Origin: Natronomonas sp.
Lineage (GTDB): Archaea > Halobacteriota > Halobacteria > Halobacteriales > Haloarculaceae
Length of the DNA: 64,000 bases
Reading direction: 5' to 3'
NCBI RefSeq assembly: GCF_047616845.1
Contig: NZ_JBLGBY010000001.1
Location: 18,631-82,630 of the forward strand
Positions 31,196 to 41,629 of this stretch are shown piece by piece; the first letter of the stretch is position 1, and each line of letters starts with the position of its first letter. The notes under the pieces were generated by a model. That model had not been told where the DNA came from. It did no database searches and saw nothing but the letters and a program-made list of their open reading frames with translations. The position numbers were made by a program, and so were the translations under genes.

Positions 31196-32941
31196 ATGAG
31201 CGACGCGCCACAACAGACGCCCCAGGAGGCCGACAGTGCCGAAGCGGGGCCCACGGACATCGAGACGGGCGCTGACGCGGTCGTTCGCGCGCTGGAAAAC
31301 GCCGGCGTCGAACACCTCTTCGGCGTGCAGGGTGGGGCTATCATGCCTGTTTACGACGCCCTGTATCACTCGGATATGACGCACATCACGATGGCCCACG
31401 AGCAGGGTGCCGCCCACGCCGCCGACGCATACGGCATCGTCAGCGGCGAGCCGGGCATCTGTATGGCCACCTCCGGGCCGGGCGCGACGAACCTCGTTAC
31501 CGGGCTGGCCGACTCGAACATGGATTCCGACCCCGTAGTCGCGTTGACCGGCCAGGTGCCGACGGATTTCGTCGGCAGCGACGCCTTCCAGGAGACGGAC
31601 ACCATCGGCGTTACGACGCCAATCACGAAGGCGAACTTCTTCGCCGACGACCCCGAATCGGTCGGCACGGACGTCGGCACGGCCTTCGCGCTGGCGAAGC
31701 GCGGCCGACAGGGCCCGACGCTCGTCGACCTCCCGAAGGACGTAACGAAGGGTGAGGCAAGCGACGACCCCGGCGCCCCCGAGACCCCCGCGACGTACCA
31801 CCCGCCGGAGACGGCCGAACCCGAAGCGGTGACCGAAGCCGCCGACGTCCTCGCGGCGGCCGACAAGCCGATCATCCTCGCCGGCGGCGGCGTCATCAAA
31901 GCCGAAGCCAGCGACGAGATTCGTGCCTTCGCGAAAGAACACGAGATTCCGGTCGTCACGACGATGCCCGGCATCGGCGCGTTCCCGGAAGACCACGAAC
32001 TCGCCTTGGAGATGGCTGGCATGCACGGCACCGGCTACGCCAACATGGCCATCACGATGACCGACTGCATGCTGGCGGTCGGCACCCGATTCGACGACCG
32101 CCTGACTGGCGGCGTCGAGACGTTCGCACCCGACGCGGAGATCATTCACGTCGAAATCGACCCGCCGGAGGTCTCGAAGAACGTCGAGGCCGACTACCCG
32201 CTCATCGGCGACGCGAAAGCCGTGATGGAGCAGCTGGAGACCGCGATGCCGCGGTCGCCGGCCGCCGACACCTGGCGCTCGCAGACTCAGCAGTGGAAAA
32301 AAGAGTATCCGATGGATTATGCGGCGCCGGAAGACGAGCCGGTCAAACCGCAGTACGTCGTCGAGGCTTTCGACAACGCGACGGCCGACGACGCCATCGT
32401 CACGACCGGCGTCGGCCAACACCAGATGTGGGCCTGCCAGTACTGGACGTACAAGGAGCCCCGGACGTGGGTCTCCTCACACGGCCTCGGCGCGATGGGC
32501 TACGGCGTGCCCGCCACCATCGGCGCGAAGCTGGCGGCGCCTGACAAGGACGTCGTCTGCTTTGACGGCGACGGCTCTTTCCTGATGACGTGTCAGGGCC
32601 TCTCCGTGGCAGTGCGTGAGAACCTCGACATCACCATCGTCGTGTTGAACAACGCGGCTATCGGCATGGTTCGACAGTGGCAGGACGCCTTCTTCGGCGA
32701 GCGCCACATGGCCTCGGAATACCCCTGGATTCCGGATTTCGACACGCTCGCAGAGGCGTTCGGAGCCCGCGGCTTCCGAATTGACACCTACGACGAGGTC
32801 GAAGAGGTCGTTGAGGAAGCCATCGCGTACGACGGCCCGAGCATCGTCGACGCACACATCGACCCCGGTGAGAACGTCTATCCGATGGTGCCGAGCGGCG
32901 GCGACAACGGCATGTTCGCCCTCTCGGAGGAGCAGCTATGA
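31196..32941 (+). CDS. ilvB: Acetolactate synthase large subunit
   Basis: HEQGAAH, TSGPGATN, GVGQHQMW and GDGSF...NN TPP motif. Confidence 0.96.
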   Translation: MSDAPQQTPQEADSAEAGPTDIETGADAVVRALENAGVEHLFGVQGGAIMPVYDALYHSDMTHITMAHEQGAAHAADAYGIVSGEPGICMATSGPGATNLVTGLADSNMDSDPVVALTGQVPTDFVGSDAFQETDTIGVTTPITKANFFADDPESVGTDVGTAFALAKRGRQGPTLVDLPKDVTKGEASDDPGAPETPATYHPPETAEPEAVTEAADVLAAADKPIILAGGGVIKAEASDEIRAFAKEHEIPVVTTMPGIGAFPEDHELALEMAGMHGTGYANMAITMTDCMLAVGTRFDDRLTGGVETFAPDAEIIHVEIDPPEVSKNVEADYPLIGDAKAVMEQLETAMPRSPAADTWRSQTQQWKKEYPMDYAAPEDEPVKPQYVVEAFDNATADDAIVTTGVGQHQMWACQYWTYKEPRTWVSSHGLGAMGYGVPATIGAKLAAPDKDVVCFDGDGSFLMTCQGLSVAVRENLDITIVVLNNAAIGMVRQWQDAFFGERHMASEYPWIPDFDTLAEAFGARGFRIDTYDEVEEVVEEAIAYDGPSIVDAHIDPGENVYPMVPSGGDNGMFALSEEQL

Positions 32942-33570
32942 GCCGCAATCAGAACACCCACCGGAACGGGCTGGAAGGCCCCGAGCCGGAGGAACGGCAG
33001 CGACCTGTCGGCCGACGCAACTCTCAAGGTATCCGCGTCGACCCAGAGGTCGAGGCCGAACACGAGCCACGACGCACCATTATCTCCGCGTACGTGGCCG
33101 ACGAGCCGGGCGTGCTCGCACGCGTCTCCGGGCTGTTCCACCGACGGCAGTTCAACATCGAGTCGCTGACGGTCGGCCCGACGCAGAACGAGGGCTACTC
33201 CCGTATCACCCTCGTCATCGAGGAGCCCGAACCCGGTATCGAGCAGGCAAAAAAGCAGCTGAACAAGGTGCTTCCGGTCGTCCACGTTCGGGAACTCGAT
33301 CCCGACCCCGTCGCCCGCGAGCTTGTCATCCTGAAGGTCAACGGCGACGAGCCGGACAAGGTGCAGGCCATCACGGAGATGTACGACGGTGAGACGCTCG
33401 ACGCCGGCCCGCGGACGATTTCGGTGCAGATCACCGGCGACGAGAGCAAGATCGACGACGCTATCGACGCCTACGAACAGTTCGGCATTCGGGAGATCGC
33501 CCGCACCGGACAGGCGGCACTGGCCCGTGGCGAAGAGGAAACCGCACGCGTTGACGAGACACACACATGA
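32938..33570 (+). CDS. ilvN: Acetolactate synthase small subunit
   Basis: [24 protein letters not shown] domain and EIARTG. Confidence 0.94.
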   Translation: MSRNQNTHRNGLEGPEPEERQRPVGRRNSQGIRVDPEVEAEHEPRRTIISAYVADEPGVLARVSGLFHRRQFNIESLTVGPTQNEGYSRITLVIEEPEPGIEQAKKQLNKVLPVVHVRELDPDPVARELVILKVNGDEPDKVQAITEMYDGETLDAGPRTISVQITGDESKIDDAIDAYEQFGIREIARTGQAALARGEEETARVDETHT

Positions 33571-34559
33571 GTGCAGACATCTACTACGACGACGACGCTG
33601 ACAGCACCGTACTCAACGACACGACCGTGGCCGTACTCGGCTACGGCAGCCAGGGCCACGCCCACGCACAGAACCTCGATGAATCCGGCGTGGACGTGGT
33701 TGTTGGACTCCGAGAGGAGTCGTCCTCCCGCTCGGCCGCGAAGGCCGACGGCCTCGACGTGGAGACACCGCGAAACGCCGCGGAACAGGCCGACGTCGTG
33801 AGCGTGCTGGTGCCCGACACCGTCCAGCCTACCGTTTACGAGGAAATCGAAAGCGTCCTCACGCCGGGTGATACGCTGCAGTTCGCCCACGGATTCAACA
33901 TCCACTACGGCCAGATCGAGCCGAACGAGGACATCAACGTCACGATGGTCGCGCCGAAATCGCCCGGCCATCTCGTCCGCCGAAATTACGAGAACGACGA
34001 GGGCACGCCCGGCCTCCTGGCAGTGTATCAGGACGCCGCCGGCGACGCCCACGATGTCGGGTTGGCGTACGCGAAAGCCATCGGCTGCACGCGCGCCGGC
34101 GTCGTCGAGACGTCGTTCCGCGAGGAGACCGAAACCGACCTCTTCGGCGAGCAGGCCGTCCTCTGTGGCGGCGTCACCAGCCTCGTCAAGCAGGGCTACG
34201 AGACGCTCGTCGATGCGGGCTACAGCCCCGAAATGGCATATTTCGAGTGTCTGAACGAGCTGAAACTCATCGTCGACCTGATGTACGAAGGCGGGCTCGG
34301 CGAAATGTGGGACTCCGTTTCCGACACCGCCGAATACGGCGGGCTGGTTCGCGGCGACGAAGTCGTCGACGAGCACGCCCGCGAGAACATGGAGGAAGTC
34401 CTGGAGGCCGTCCAGGACGGCACGTTCGCACGCGAGTGGATCAACGAGAATCAGGCTGGCCGACCAAGCTACAAGCAGTTGCGACAAGCCGAGAAGAACC
34501 ACGAGATCGAGGACGTGGGCGAAGACCTGCGTTCGCTGTTCGCGTGGGGTGAAGAATGA
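33567..34559 (+). CDS. ilvC: Ketol-acid reductoisomerase
   Basis: [14 protein letters not shown] and ETDLFGEQ motifs. Confidence 0.96.
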   Translation: MSADIYYDDDADSTVLNDTTVAVLGYGSQGHAHAQNLDESGVDVVVGLREESSSRSAAKADGLDVETPRNAAEQADVVSVLVPDTVQPTVYEEIESVLTPGDTLQFAHGFNIHYGQIEPNEDINVTMVAPKSPGHLVRRNYENDEGTPGLLAVYQDAAGDAHDVGLAYAKAIGCTRAGVVETSFREETETDLFGEQAVLCGGVTSLVKQGYETLVDAGYSPEMAYFECLNELKLIVDLMYEGGLGEMWDSVSDTAEYGGLVRGDEVVDEHARENMEEVLEAVQDGTFAREWINENQAGRPSYKQLRQAEKNHEIEDVGEDLRSLFAWGEE

Positions 34560-34792
34560 CAGACGAAACCGACAAACAGACACTGGGAGAGATGAGCCAC
34601 ACCAACCCCTACACGGGGAAGGTGTTCGGCGATACACAGACGTACAGCCGCGGGACGACCATCGCCGCAGACGGCGGCGAGGCGGAGGCCGTTCCCGAGG
34701 AGACCGACACACTGGGCGAGATGAGCCATACCCCACCGAGGGACGCCAAGAGCGCCCAACGCGCCTATGACCGTGGTGTAGACGATGAGTGA
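34556..34792 (+). CDS. Small acidic protein with internal duplication
   Basis: Overlaps ilvC stop and leuC start; TLGEMSHT occurs twice. Confidence 0.7.
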   Translation: MTDETDKQTLGEMSHTNPYTGKVFGDTQTYSRGTTIAADGGEAEAVPEETDTLGEMSHTPPRDAKSAQRAYDRGVDDE

Positions 34793-36209
34793 GGGGACGC
34801 TGTACGACACGGTCTGGGACACCCACAAGGTGACGACGCTGCCGAACGGCCAAGACCAGCTGTTCGTCGGCCTGCATCTCATCCACGAGGTGACGAGCCC
34901 GCAGGCGTTCGGCATGCTCCGGGAGCGAGATATCGATGTCGCACGGCCCGACCTGACGCATGCGACCGTCGACCACATCGTCCCGACGGACGACCAATCG
35001 CGCCCGCTGGACAACGAGGCGGCCGAGGAGATGATGGCCGAACTCGAGGAGAACGTCCGCGATGCGGGCATCGAACTGGACGACCCGACGACGGGCGACC
35101 AGGGTATCGTTCACGTCATCGGGCCGGAGCAGGGGCTCACCCAGCCCGGCATGACCATCGTCTGTGGTGACAGCCACACCTCGACGCACGGTGCCTTCGG
35201 CGCTCTGGCGTTCGGCATCGGCACCTCACAGATTCGCGACGTGCTGGCGACCCAGACCATCGCGATGGAGAAAAAGAAGGTGCGCAAAATCGAGGTCACC
35301 GGCGAACTCGGTGACGGCGTCACCGCAAAGGACGTCATCCTGACCATCATCCGTCGGCTCGGCACCGACGGCGGCGTCGGCTACATCTACGAGTACGCCG
35401 GCGAGGCCATCGAGAGCCTCGGAATGGAGGGTCGGATGTCCATCTGTAACATGTCCATCGAGGGCGGCGCCCGTGCGGGCTACGTGAATCCCGACGAGAC
35501 CACCTACGAGTGGCTGCGGGAGACGGACGCCTTCGATGACGACCCCGAGCGCTTCGAGCGGCTGAAACCGTACTGGGAGTCCATCCGCTCCGAGGACGAC
35601 GCCGAGTACGACGACGTCGTCACAATTGACGGCTCGGCAATCGAGCCGGTCGTGACCTGGGGAACGACCCCTGGCCAGGGCATCGGTATCTCCGAGGAGA
35701 TTCCGGCCCCCGAAGCCCTGCCCGAGGACAAACAAGACACCGCACGACGCGCCCAAGAGCACATGCGCGTCGAGCCCGGCGAGACGATGGACGGGTACGA
35801 CATCGACGTCGCCTTCCTGGGTTCCTGTACGAACGCGCGGCTGCCCGACCTTCGTGCGGCCGCAGAGATCGTCGATGGCCGCCAGGTCGACGACTCCGTC
35901 CGCGCGATGGTCGTCCCCGGCAGCCAGCGCGTCAAGGCCGCCGCCGAAGCGGAGAGCCTCGACGAGGTGTTCACCGAAGCCGGCTTTGATTGGCGCGAGG
36001 CCGGCTGTTCGATGTGTCTCGGCATGAACGACGACCAACTCGAGGGCGACGAGGCGTGTGCCTCCTCCTCGAACCGGAACTTCGTCGGCCGACAGGGCTC
36101 GAAGGACGGCCGAACCGTCCTGATGAGCCCCGAGATGGTCGCTGCGGCGGCGGTCACGGGTGAAGTGACCGACGTGCGTGACCTGCCGACGGCGGAGGTG
36201 GAAGCATGA
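34785..36209 (+). CDS. leuC: 3-isopropylmalate dehydratase large subunit
   Basis: [20 protein letters not shown] and GCSMCLGMN motifs. Confidence 0.96.
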   Translation: MSEGTLYDTVWDTHKVTTLPNGQDQLFVGLHLIHEVTSPQAFGMLRERDIDVARPDLTHATVDHIVPTDDQSRPLDNEAAEEMMAELEENVRDAGIELDDPTTGDQGIVHVIGPEQGLTQPGMTIVCGDSHTSTHGAFGALAFGIGTSQIRDVLATQTIAMEKKKVRKIEVTGELGDGVTAKDVILTIIRRLGTDGGVGYIYEYAGEAIESLGMEGRMSICNMSIEGGARAGYVNPDETTYEWLRETDAFDDDPERFERLKPYWESIRSEDDAEYDDVVTIDGSAIEPVVTWGTTPGQGIGISEEIPAPEALPEDKQDTARRAQEHMRVEPGETMDGYDIDVAFLGSCTNARLPDLRAAAEIVDGRQVDDSVRAMVVPGSQRVKAAAEAESLDEVFTEAGFDWREAGCSMCLGMNDDQLEGDEACASSSNRNFVGRQGSKDGRTVLMSPEMVAAAAVTGEVTDVRDLPTAEVEA

Positions 36210-36892
36210 CGAGCGAGGAACGGAGTTCCTCGAGTAGCCGAGCGGAGAGCGAAGCGACCCGCGAGTCCGAGGAAATCCCGAGCGTCGACTACGTCGAGGG
36301 CTCGGCCATCCCCATCCGCGGGAACGACATCGACACCGACCAGATCATCCCCGCGCGATTCATGAAGGTCGTTACGTTCGACGGCCTCGGGGAGTTCGCG
36401 TTCTTCGACCAGCGATTTGACGACGAGGACAACCCGAAAGACCACCCGTTCAACGAAGAGCAGTACCAGGACGCGTCGGTCATGGTGGTCAACTCCAACT
36501 TCGGCTGTGGCTCCTCGCGCGAGCACGCCCCGCAGGCGCTCGTCCGCTGGGGTATCGACGCCATCATCGGCGAGTCGTTCGCCGAGATCTTCGCGGGCAA
36601 CTGCCTCGCACTCGGCGTCCCAACGATTACCGCCGACACGGAGACCATCCAGGAGTTGCAGGGCTACGTCGAAAAGTACCCCGATGCGGAGGTCGAAATC
36701 GACGTCGAAGCCGAGACGGTGTCCTACGACGACCGGGTCATCGAGGTCGACGTCGACGAAGCCCAACGGAAGGCACTCGTCGAAGGTATCTGGGATACGA
36801 CGGCCCTGATGAAGTCCAACCGGGAGGCCATCGAAGAGACGGCGGACTCGCTGCCGTACATCGACTCCAAGACGGGCCACGCTGATGACTGA
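36206..36892 (+). CDS. leuD: 3-isopropylmalate dehydratase small subunit with N-terminal repeat-derived insert
   Basis: [24 protein letters not shown] and SFAEIF motifs. Confidence 0.95.
   Translation: MTSEERSSSSSRAESEATRESEEIPSVDYVEGSAIPIRGNDIDTDQIIPARFMKVVTFDGLGEFAFFDQRFDDEDNPKDHPFNEEQYQDASVMVVNSNFGCGSSREHAPQALVRWGIDAIIGESFAEIFAGNCLALGVPTITADTETIQELQGYVEKYPDAEVEIDVEAETVSYDDRVIEVDVDEAQRKALVEGIWDTTALMKSNREAIEETADSLPYIDSKTGHADD
36212..36265 (+). repeat. 54-bp palindromic hairpin element in frame within leuD
   Basis: AG-CGAGGAAC-GGA-GTTCCTCG followed by GCGGA-GAGCGAAGCGA-CCCGC-GAG; encodes [18 protein letters not shown]. Confidence 0.78.
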
Positions 36893-37862
36893 GACGATAC
36901 TGGTCGTCCCGGGCGACGGCATCGGCCAGGAGGTCGTCCCCGCTGCCGTCGACGTGCTCGAAGCGGTCGCTGACTTCGAGTTCGTCGAGGCAGCGGCTGG
37001 CGACCACGTCAAGACGGAGACGGGCGAAGCGCTGCCCGAGGAGACGTATCGCCTCGCGACCGAGGCGGACGCGACGCTTTTCGGCGCGGCCGGCGAATCG
37101 GCCGCTGACGTCATCCTGCCGCTTCGTGAAGCCGTCGGCTCCTTCGCGAACGTTCGGCCGGCGCGAGCCTATCCCGGCGTCGACGCTGTTCGACCCGACA
37201 CCGACCTCGTCTTCATCCGCGAGAACACCGAGGGCGTCTACTCCGGCATCGAATCGGAAATCGCCGACGGCGTCACGACGTTGACGCGTGTCATCACCGA
37301 GAAGGCCTCCCGACGTATCGCCGAATACGGCTTCGAATACGCCGAGGAGAACGGCTACGACGACGTGACGCTGGCGCACAAGGCCAACGTGATGCGAGTC
37401 ACGGACGGGCAGTTCCTCGATGCGGCCCGTGCTGTCGGTGACGACCGCAGCGCCGAGTACGACGAGGCGTTGATGGACGCACTGGCGATGCATCTCGTGC
37501 TCCGGCCCGAGGAGTACGGCGTCGTCATCTGCCCGAACCTCGCTGGCGACATGCTTTCAGACCTCGCGGCGGGCCTGGTCGGCGGTCTCGGACTGTTGCC
37601 CAGCGCCAACGTCGGCGCGGAGAACGCGCTGTTCGAGCCCGTTCACGGCTCGGCACCCGACATCGCCGGCGAGGGCATCGCCAACCCCGCAGCGACGATT
37701 CTGTCGGCGGCGATGCTACTGGAGCATCTCGGCTACGACGAGGAAGCGGCGACCGTGCGAACCGCAGTCGAAGGCGTGCTCGCGGACGGCCCACGAACGC
37801 CTGACCTCGGTGGGTCGGCCTCGACGGAGGACGTCACCGCTGCGATTGTCGATCGGCTCTAA
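36885..37862 (+). CDS. leuB: 3-isopropylmalate dehydrogenase
   Basis: PGDGIG, RENTEG and [12 protein letters not shown] motifs. Confidence 0.93.
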   Translation: MTETILVVPGDGIGQEVVPAAVDVLEAVADFEFVEAAAGDHVKTETGEALPEETYRLATEADATLFGAAGESAADVILPLREAVGSFANVRPARAYPGVDAVRPDTDLVFIRENTEGVYSGIESEIADGVTTLTRVITEKASRRIAEYGFEYAEENGYDDVTLAHKANVMRVTDGQFLDAARAVGDDRSAEYDEALMDALAMHLVLRPEEYGVVICPNLAGDMLSDLAAGLVGGLGLLPSANVGAENALFEPVHGSAPDIAGEGIANPAATILSAAMLLEHLGYDEEAATVRTAVEGVLADGPRTPDLGGSASTEDVTAAIVDRL

Positions 37863-38327
37863 CTACTCGACTTTTCGTTCCGCGGCCGCAGCAGCTCTGA
37901 CTTCCCCCCAGCGGCCCTCCGCCTCCAGATGCGTCTGTAACTCCTCAGCGTAGGCGGCGACGAGCGTCTCAGCAGCTTCGAGTTTCTCCTCGTCGACGTC
38001 GGATTCGCTGCCGCCATCGCGGCCGAAGCCGAGCGCTTCGAAAACCGAGTCAAGCAAGCCACCGCCGCTGTCCTGCTGGCCTTGTGGTTGCCCCATCGGG
38101 CCCATGCTCGCGACCTTCTCGACTTCGGGCATCATCGTCGGGAGTTCGGAGGTGTCGGCGACGAGTTCGGCGGCTGTCTCGTCGTCCGGGTTCTCGATTT
38201 CGAACGTCGTCGCGGTCATGATGAGGCCCCACTCCTGCCGGGAGAACGGAGAGTTGTCGACGCGTGCGGAGAACTCGTTGTCGACGGCCATCCGGTCGCC
38301 CACGATCATGTCCTGCCAGTCGCTCAT
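37863..38327 (-). CDS. Conserved haloarchaeal protein (DUF5799-like)
   Basis: W.D.IVGDRM.VD and FSRQEWGLIMTA pattern; acidic. Confidence 0.7.
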   Translation of the reverse strand: MSDWQDMIVGDRMAVDNEFSARVDNSPFSRQEWGLIMTATTFEIENPDDETAAELVADTSELPTMMPEVEKVASMGPMGQPQGQQDSGGGLLDSVFEALGFGRDGGSESDVDEEKLEAAETLVAAYAEELQTHLEAEGRWGEVRAAAAAERKVE

Positions 38328-38520
38328 ACAGTACGCACGGGACGCAGGATATTAACCCCGTTGCGAGCAGGCGGCGCTGTACTGTCCGGCGGCCGCGCAG
38401 TATCTGAACCCGGACAGCGGGTCACTGGCGCATGGGGCCGCCTGGTCGCGTCTTCGTACATAAAGAATCGGCTGGGCAAGAACCGGCAAGGACGGACGAA
38501 AACTGGAGCTTCAGGCGGCT

Positions 38521-38919
38521 TCAGAACGCGTCGGTTGTGACGTCGATATCGGCGTAGAGGTCTTCTTTCATCGCGGCGTGGACGTGACAGATGTCCTCGC
38601 CGAGTTCGAGGAGGTCGTCGACCTCGTCGTCATCGAGGTTGGCCTCGACGTGCATGTGGAAGCTGACGGACGTGAGGTCGTCCTCGTCGTCGAGGTCGGC
38701 CTCGGCTTCGGTTTCGACTTTGCCGAGTTCGATGTCGAGTTCGCGCTGGGCGCCGGCGCGGCACGCGAACGTGAAACAGGATGCGTAGTCGGCGACCAGC
38801 ACCTCGTTGGGTGTCGGCCCTTCGGCACCCGTCGCGTCGATGCTAAGCTCAAAATCACCGGCTCGGCTCAGTGCGTGGAACTTCTCTTCGTTGACAGTGG
38901 TGGTTTCGATGTCGGCCAT
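38521..38919 (-). CDS. OsmC family protein
   Basis: GPTPNE...ASC and C-terminal ICHVH two-Cys pattern. Confidence 0.82.
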   Translation of the reverse strand: MADIETTTVNEEKFHALSRAGDFELSIDATGAEGPTPNEVLVADYASCFTFACRAGAQRELDIELGKVETEAEADLDDEDDLTSVSFHMHVEANLDDDEVDDLLELGEDICHVHAAMKEDLYADIDVTTDAF

Positions 38920-38971
38920 TACACGCGCATCCACTCACGGCTGGCATAAAAAGATAGGCTGCGGGAACCGA

Positions 38972-39691
38972 TTACAGTTCGAACGTCTCGTCGCCGTCGA
39001 GGATGACGGCCTCGGCGGGCGCGCCGGCGGCTTTCAGTTCGCGCTCGAACTCGTCGGTGTCAAGTTCGATGGGCGGGAACGTATCGTAATGCATCGGACA
39101 GGTGTAGTCGGCGTCGATCCAGTCAGCAGCGATGGCTGCCTGTGCCGGCCCCATCGTGAAGTGGTCGCCAGCAGGCAGTGCGGCGAAGTCGGGCTCCAGG
39201 AACGGCCCGATGATGTCCCGCATCTCGACCATGAGGCTGGTGTCGCCGGCATGGTAGAACGAGGTGCAATCGGGGTCGGCCTCCTGGGTCGGCTTCTTGT
39301 CGGTGATGACGAATCCGGCCGGCATGCCGGCGGAAGCGCCGTAATCCGTCTCGATGCCGTTCGTGTGGTCGGCCCGAACCATCGTGACCCACGCGTCACC
39401 GCACTCGACGGTACCGCCGAGGTTCATGCCCATCCCGCCGACGGCATCTTCGTAGCCGAAGTTGTCCTTGGCGTAGCTGACGAGCTCCGGCACCGCGACG
39501 AGCGTCGACCCGGAGAATCGGTCTGCGTCGCCGATGTGGTCGGCGTGGCCGTGCGTCAACAGGACGTAGTCCGGATCGAGCTCTTCGGGGTCGGTATCCG
39601 TATGCGGGTTCTCGAAGAACGGGTCGATGACCAGATCGGTCTCGCCTACGCGAACGTGCCACGTCGAGTGGCCGTGCCAGGTAAGTTCCAT
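38972..39691 (-). CDS. Metallo-beta-lactamase fold hydrolase (UPF0173)
   Basis: THGHADH, YHAGDT and PMHYDTFP motifs. Confidence 0.9.
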   Translation of the reverse strand: MELTWHGHSTWHVRVGETDLVIDPFFENPHTDTDPEELDPDYVLLTHGHADHIGDADRFSGSTLVAVPELVSYAKDNFGYEDAVGGMGMNLGGTVECGDAWVTMVRADHTNGIETDYGASAGMPAGFVITDKKPTQEADPDCTSFYHAGDTSLMVEMRDIIGPFLEPDFAALPAGDHFTMGPAQAAIAADWIDADYTCPMHYDTFPPIELDTDEFERELKAAGAPAEAVILDGDETFEL

Positions 39692-39788
39692 GTCGTGAGC
39701 AGCTTCGCACGAGAGCGTCTTAAGCGTGGGTGCCGCGGCGAGGCAGTCGAACCGAGAAAGTTACCAGCGTTCCAGAGTACGTGTGACC

Positions 39789-40214
39789 ATGGACGTTCGT
39801 CGGGTCGAAAGCGAGACGGAACTTGAGGACGCACTCACCGTCCGCAGAGCGGTGTTCATCGAAGAGCAGGGCGTCCCTGAACACCGCGAGCTGGACGGCA
39901 AAGACGAGACAGCGACCAATTTCGTCGCCTACGACGGCGACCAGCCTGTCGGTGCGGCGCGACTCCGCGAGTACGACGACGCGGCCGGGAAGGTCGAACG
40001 CGTCGCCGTGCTCGAAGCCCGCCGTGGCGAAGGACTGGGCCGCGAAATCATGGATGCGGTCGAGGCTGCCGCGAAGGCCGCCGGGTGCGAGGCCGTCGTA
40101 CTCCACGCACAGGTTCCGGTCGTCGAGTTCTACGACCGCCTCGGCTACGAGGTGATGAGCGAGGAGTTCGAGGACGCTGGCATCCCCCACCGCGAGATGC
40201 GGAAATCGCTTTAG
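39789..40214 (+). CDS. GNAT acetyltransferase (ElaA/YjcF-like)
   Basis: VFIEEQ, RRGEGLG, LHAQ and EDAGIPH motifs. Confidence 0.9.
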   Translation: MDVRRVESETELEDALTVRRAVFIEEQGVPEHRELDGKDETATNFVAYDGDQPVGAARLREYDDAAGKVERVAVLEARRGEGLGREIMDAVEAAAKAAGCEAVVLHAQVPVVEFYDRLGYEVMSEEFEDAGIPHREMRKSL

Positions 40215-40648
40215 CGGACGAGCGTAACTGTCGTATCGGCTTTTCTGGACACCTCATCAGCGACGGTGCCGAGTGTCGCGTCGGTGTAGCCGCCGTGGCC
40301 GTGGCTCCCGAGGACGACGGCATCGACGTCCGCCTCGTCGACGTACGAGAGGATGATATCAGCCGGGTCGCCCTCCTCGATTTCGGTCTCCAGCGGCACC
40401 CCGGGGTCGCGCTCGCGTGCCTCCGTACAGACCTGCTTGGCCTGGTCTCGGGCAGCCTCCCACCACGCATCGCTGGCGCCGGGGTACGTCGCCGGCGCGT
40501 CCGCCGGTAACTCCTCGGGCGCGACGTAACTCGGGTCGGTCGGATCGATGACCGTCAGTGCCGTCACGTGCATCGGTTCGCTCTCGAACGCTTCATCCAG
40601 CGCCCGCATCGACGCGTCCGACCCGTCTATCGGGACGAGAACATGCAT
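40211..40648 (-). CDS. Universal stress protein
   Basis: VLVPIDGS and VLGSHG...LGTVA motifs. Confidence 0.9.
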   Translation of the reverse strand: MHVLVPIDGSDASMRALDEAFESEPMHVTALTVIDPTDPSYVAPEELPADAPATYPGASDAWWEAARDQAKQVCTEARERDPGVPLETEIEEGDPADIILSYVDEADVDAVVLGSHGHGGYTDATLGTVADEVSRKADTTVTLVR

Positions 40649-40717
40649 GTCTCGCGATACTCGTGATACTCACTTGATACTAGGGGCCTTTTATGCTCCG
40701 GGGATGACGTGGGACGT

Positions 40718-41629
40718 GTGACACGACTCGTCGTCGCAGTCGGTGGGAACGCACTCGCTGCCGACGGCACGTTCGAGGCTCAACAGCGGACGGTGGCGAA
40801 GACGGCAGCCACGCTCGCCGAGACTGAGGCCGTCACGGAGGCAGAGCTGGTCGTCACGCACGGCAACGGCCCGCAGGTCGGCTACGAACTGCTGGAGGTC
40901 GAGGCGGCCGACACGCCCGAGCGACCGCTCGACGTGCTCGTCGCGGAGACGCAAGCCTCGCTTGGGAGCCTCCTCCAGCGTTCGCTCGATGCCGACCTCG
41001 ACCGTCCCGTCGCAGCGATGGTCACCCGCGCTATCGTCGACCCAGATGACCCGGCCTTCGAGACGCCGACAAAGCCCATCGGGCCGTGGTACACCGAAGC
41101 CGAGGCCGAAGCCAAGCCGTTCACGACGAAACAGGTCGGACGAGGTGAGAAGTCGTATCGACGGGTCGTCCCCTCGCCGGAGCCGACGGAGGTGCCCGAG
41201 ACGGATGCCGTTTCGGCTCTGCTCGAGGCCGGACAGGCAGTCATCTGCGGCGGCGGTGGCGGCGTCCCGGTCGCCCGAACCCCGGATGGTTTCGAAGGCG
41301 TCGAGGCTGTCATCGACAAGGATTACACCTCCCACCACATCGCCGACGGCGTCGGCGCAGACCGCCTCGTCTTCTTGACCGACGTTCCCTACGCCTACCT
41401 CGGTTACGGCACGGACGACCAGCGCCCGCTGGAATCCGTGCCCCCCGAGGAGGTGCGGAGGTATCTCGATGCGGGCGAGTTCGCTGAGGGGTCGATGGCG
41501 CCGAAGATGCGGGCCTGCGCGCGATTCGCCGAATCGGGCGGTGAGGCAGTCGTCGCGAGCATCGACGACCCGGCTGCGGCGCTTTCCGGCGAGACGGGGA
41601 CAGTCGTTCAGAAGAGTTCTGATTCGTAA
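40718..41629 (+). CDS. arcC: Carbamate kinase
   Basis: AVGGNAL, THGNGPQVG, RRVVPSP, EAVIDKD and GSMAPK motifs. Confidence 0.93.
   Translation: MTRLVVAVGGNALAADGTFEAQQRTVAKTAATLAETEAVTEAELVVTHGNGPQVGYELLEVEAADTPERPLDVLVAETQASLGSLLQRSLDADLDRPVAAMVTRAIVDPDDPAFETPTKPIGPWYTEAEAEAKPFTTKQVGRGEKSYRRVVPSPEPTEVPETDAVSALLEAGQAVICGGGGGVPVARTPDGFEGVEAVIDKDYTSHHIADGVGADRLVFLTDVPYAYLGYGTDDQRPLESVPPEEVRRYLDAGEFAEGSMAPKMRACARFAESGGEAVVASIDDPAAALSGETGTVVQKSSDS

Noticed and set aside
30873-31199. 108-aa ORF spanning the leuA-ilvB gap
   Set aside because: Basic, non-acidic composition with no motif; the region is better explained by a promoter, short leader ORF and hairpins.
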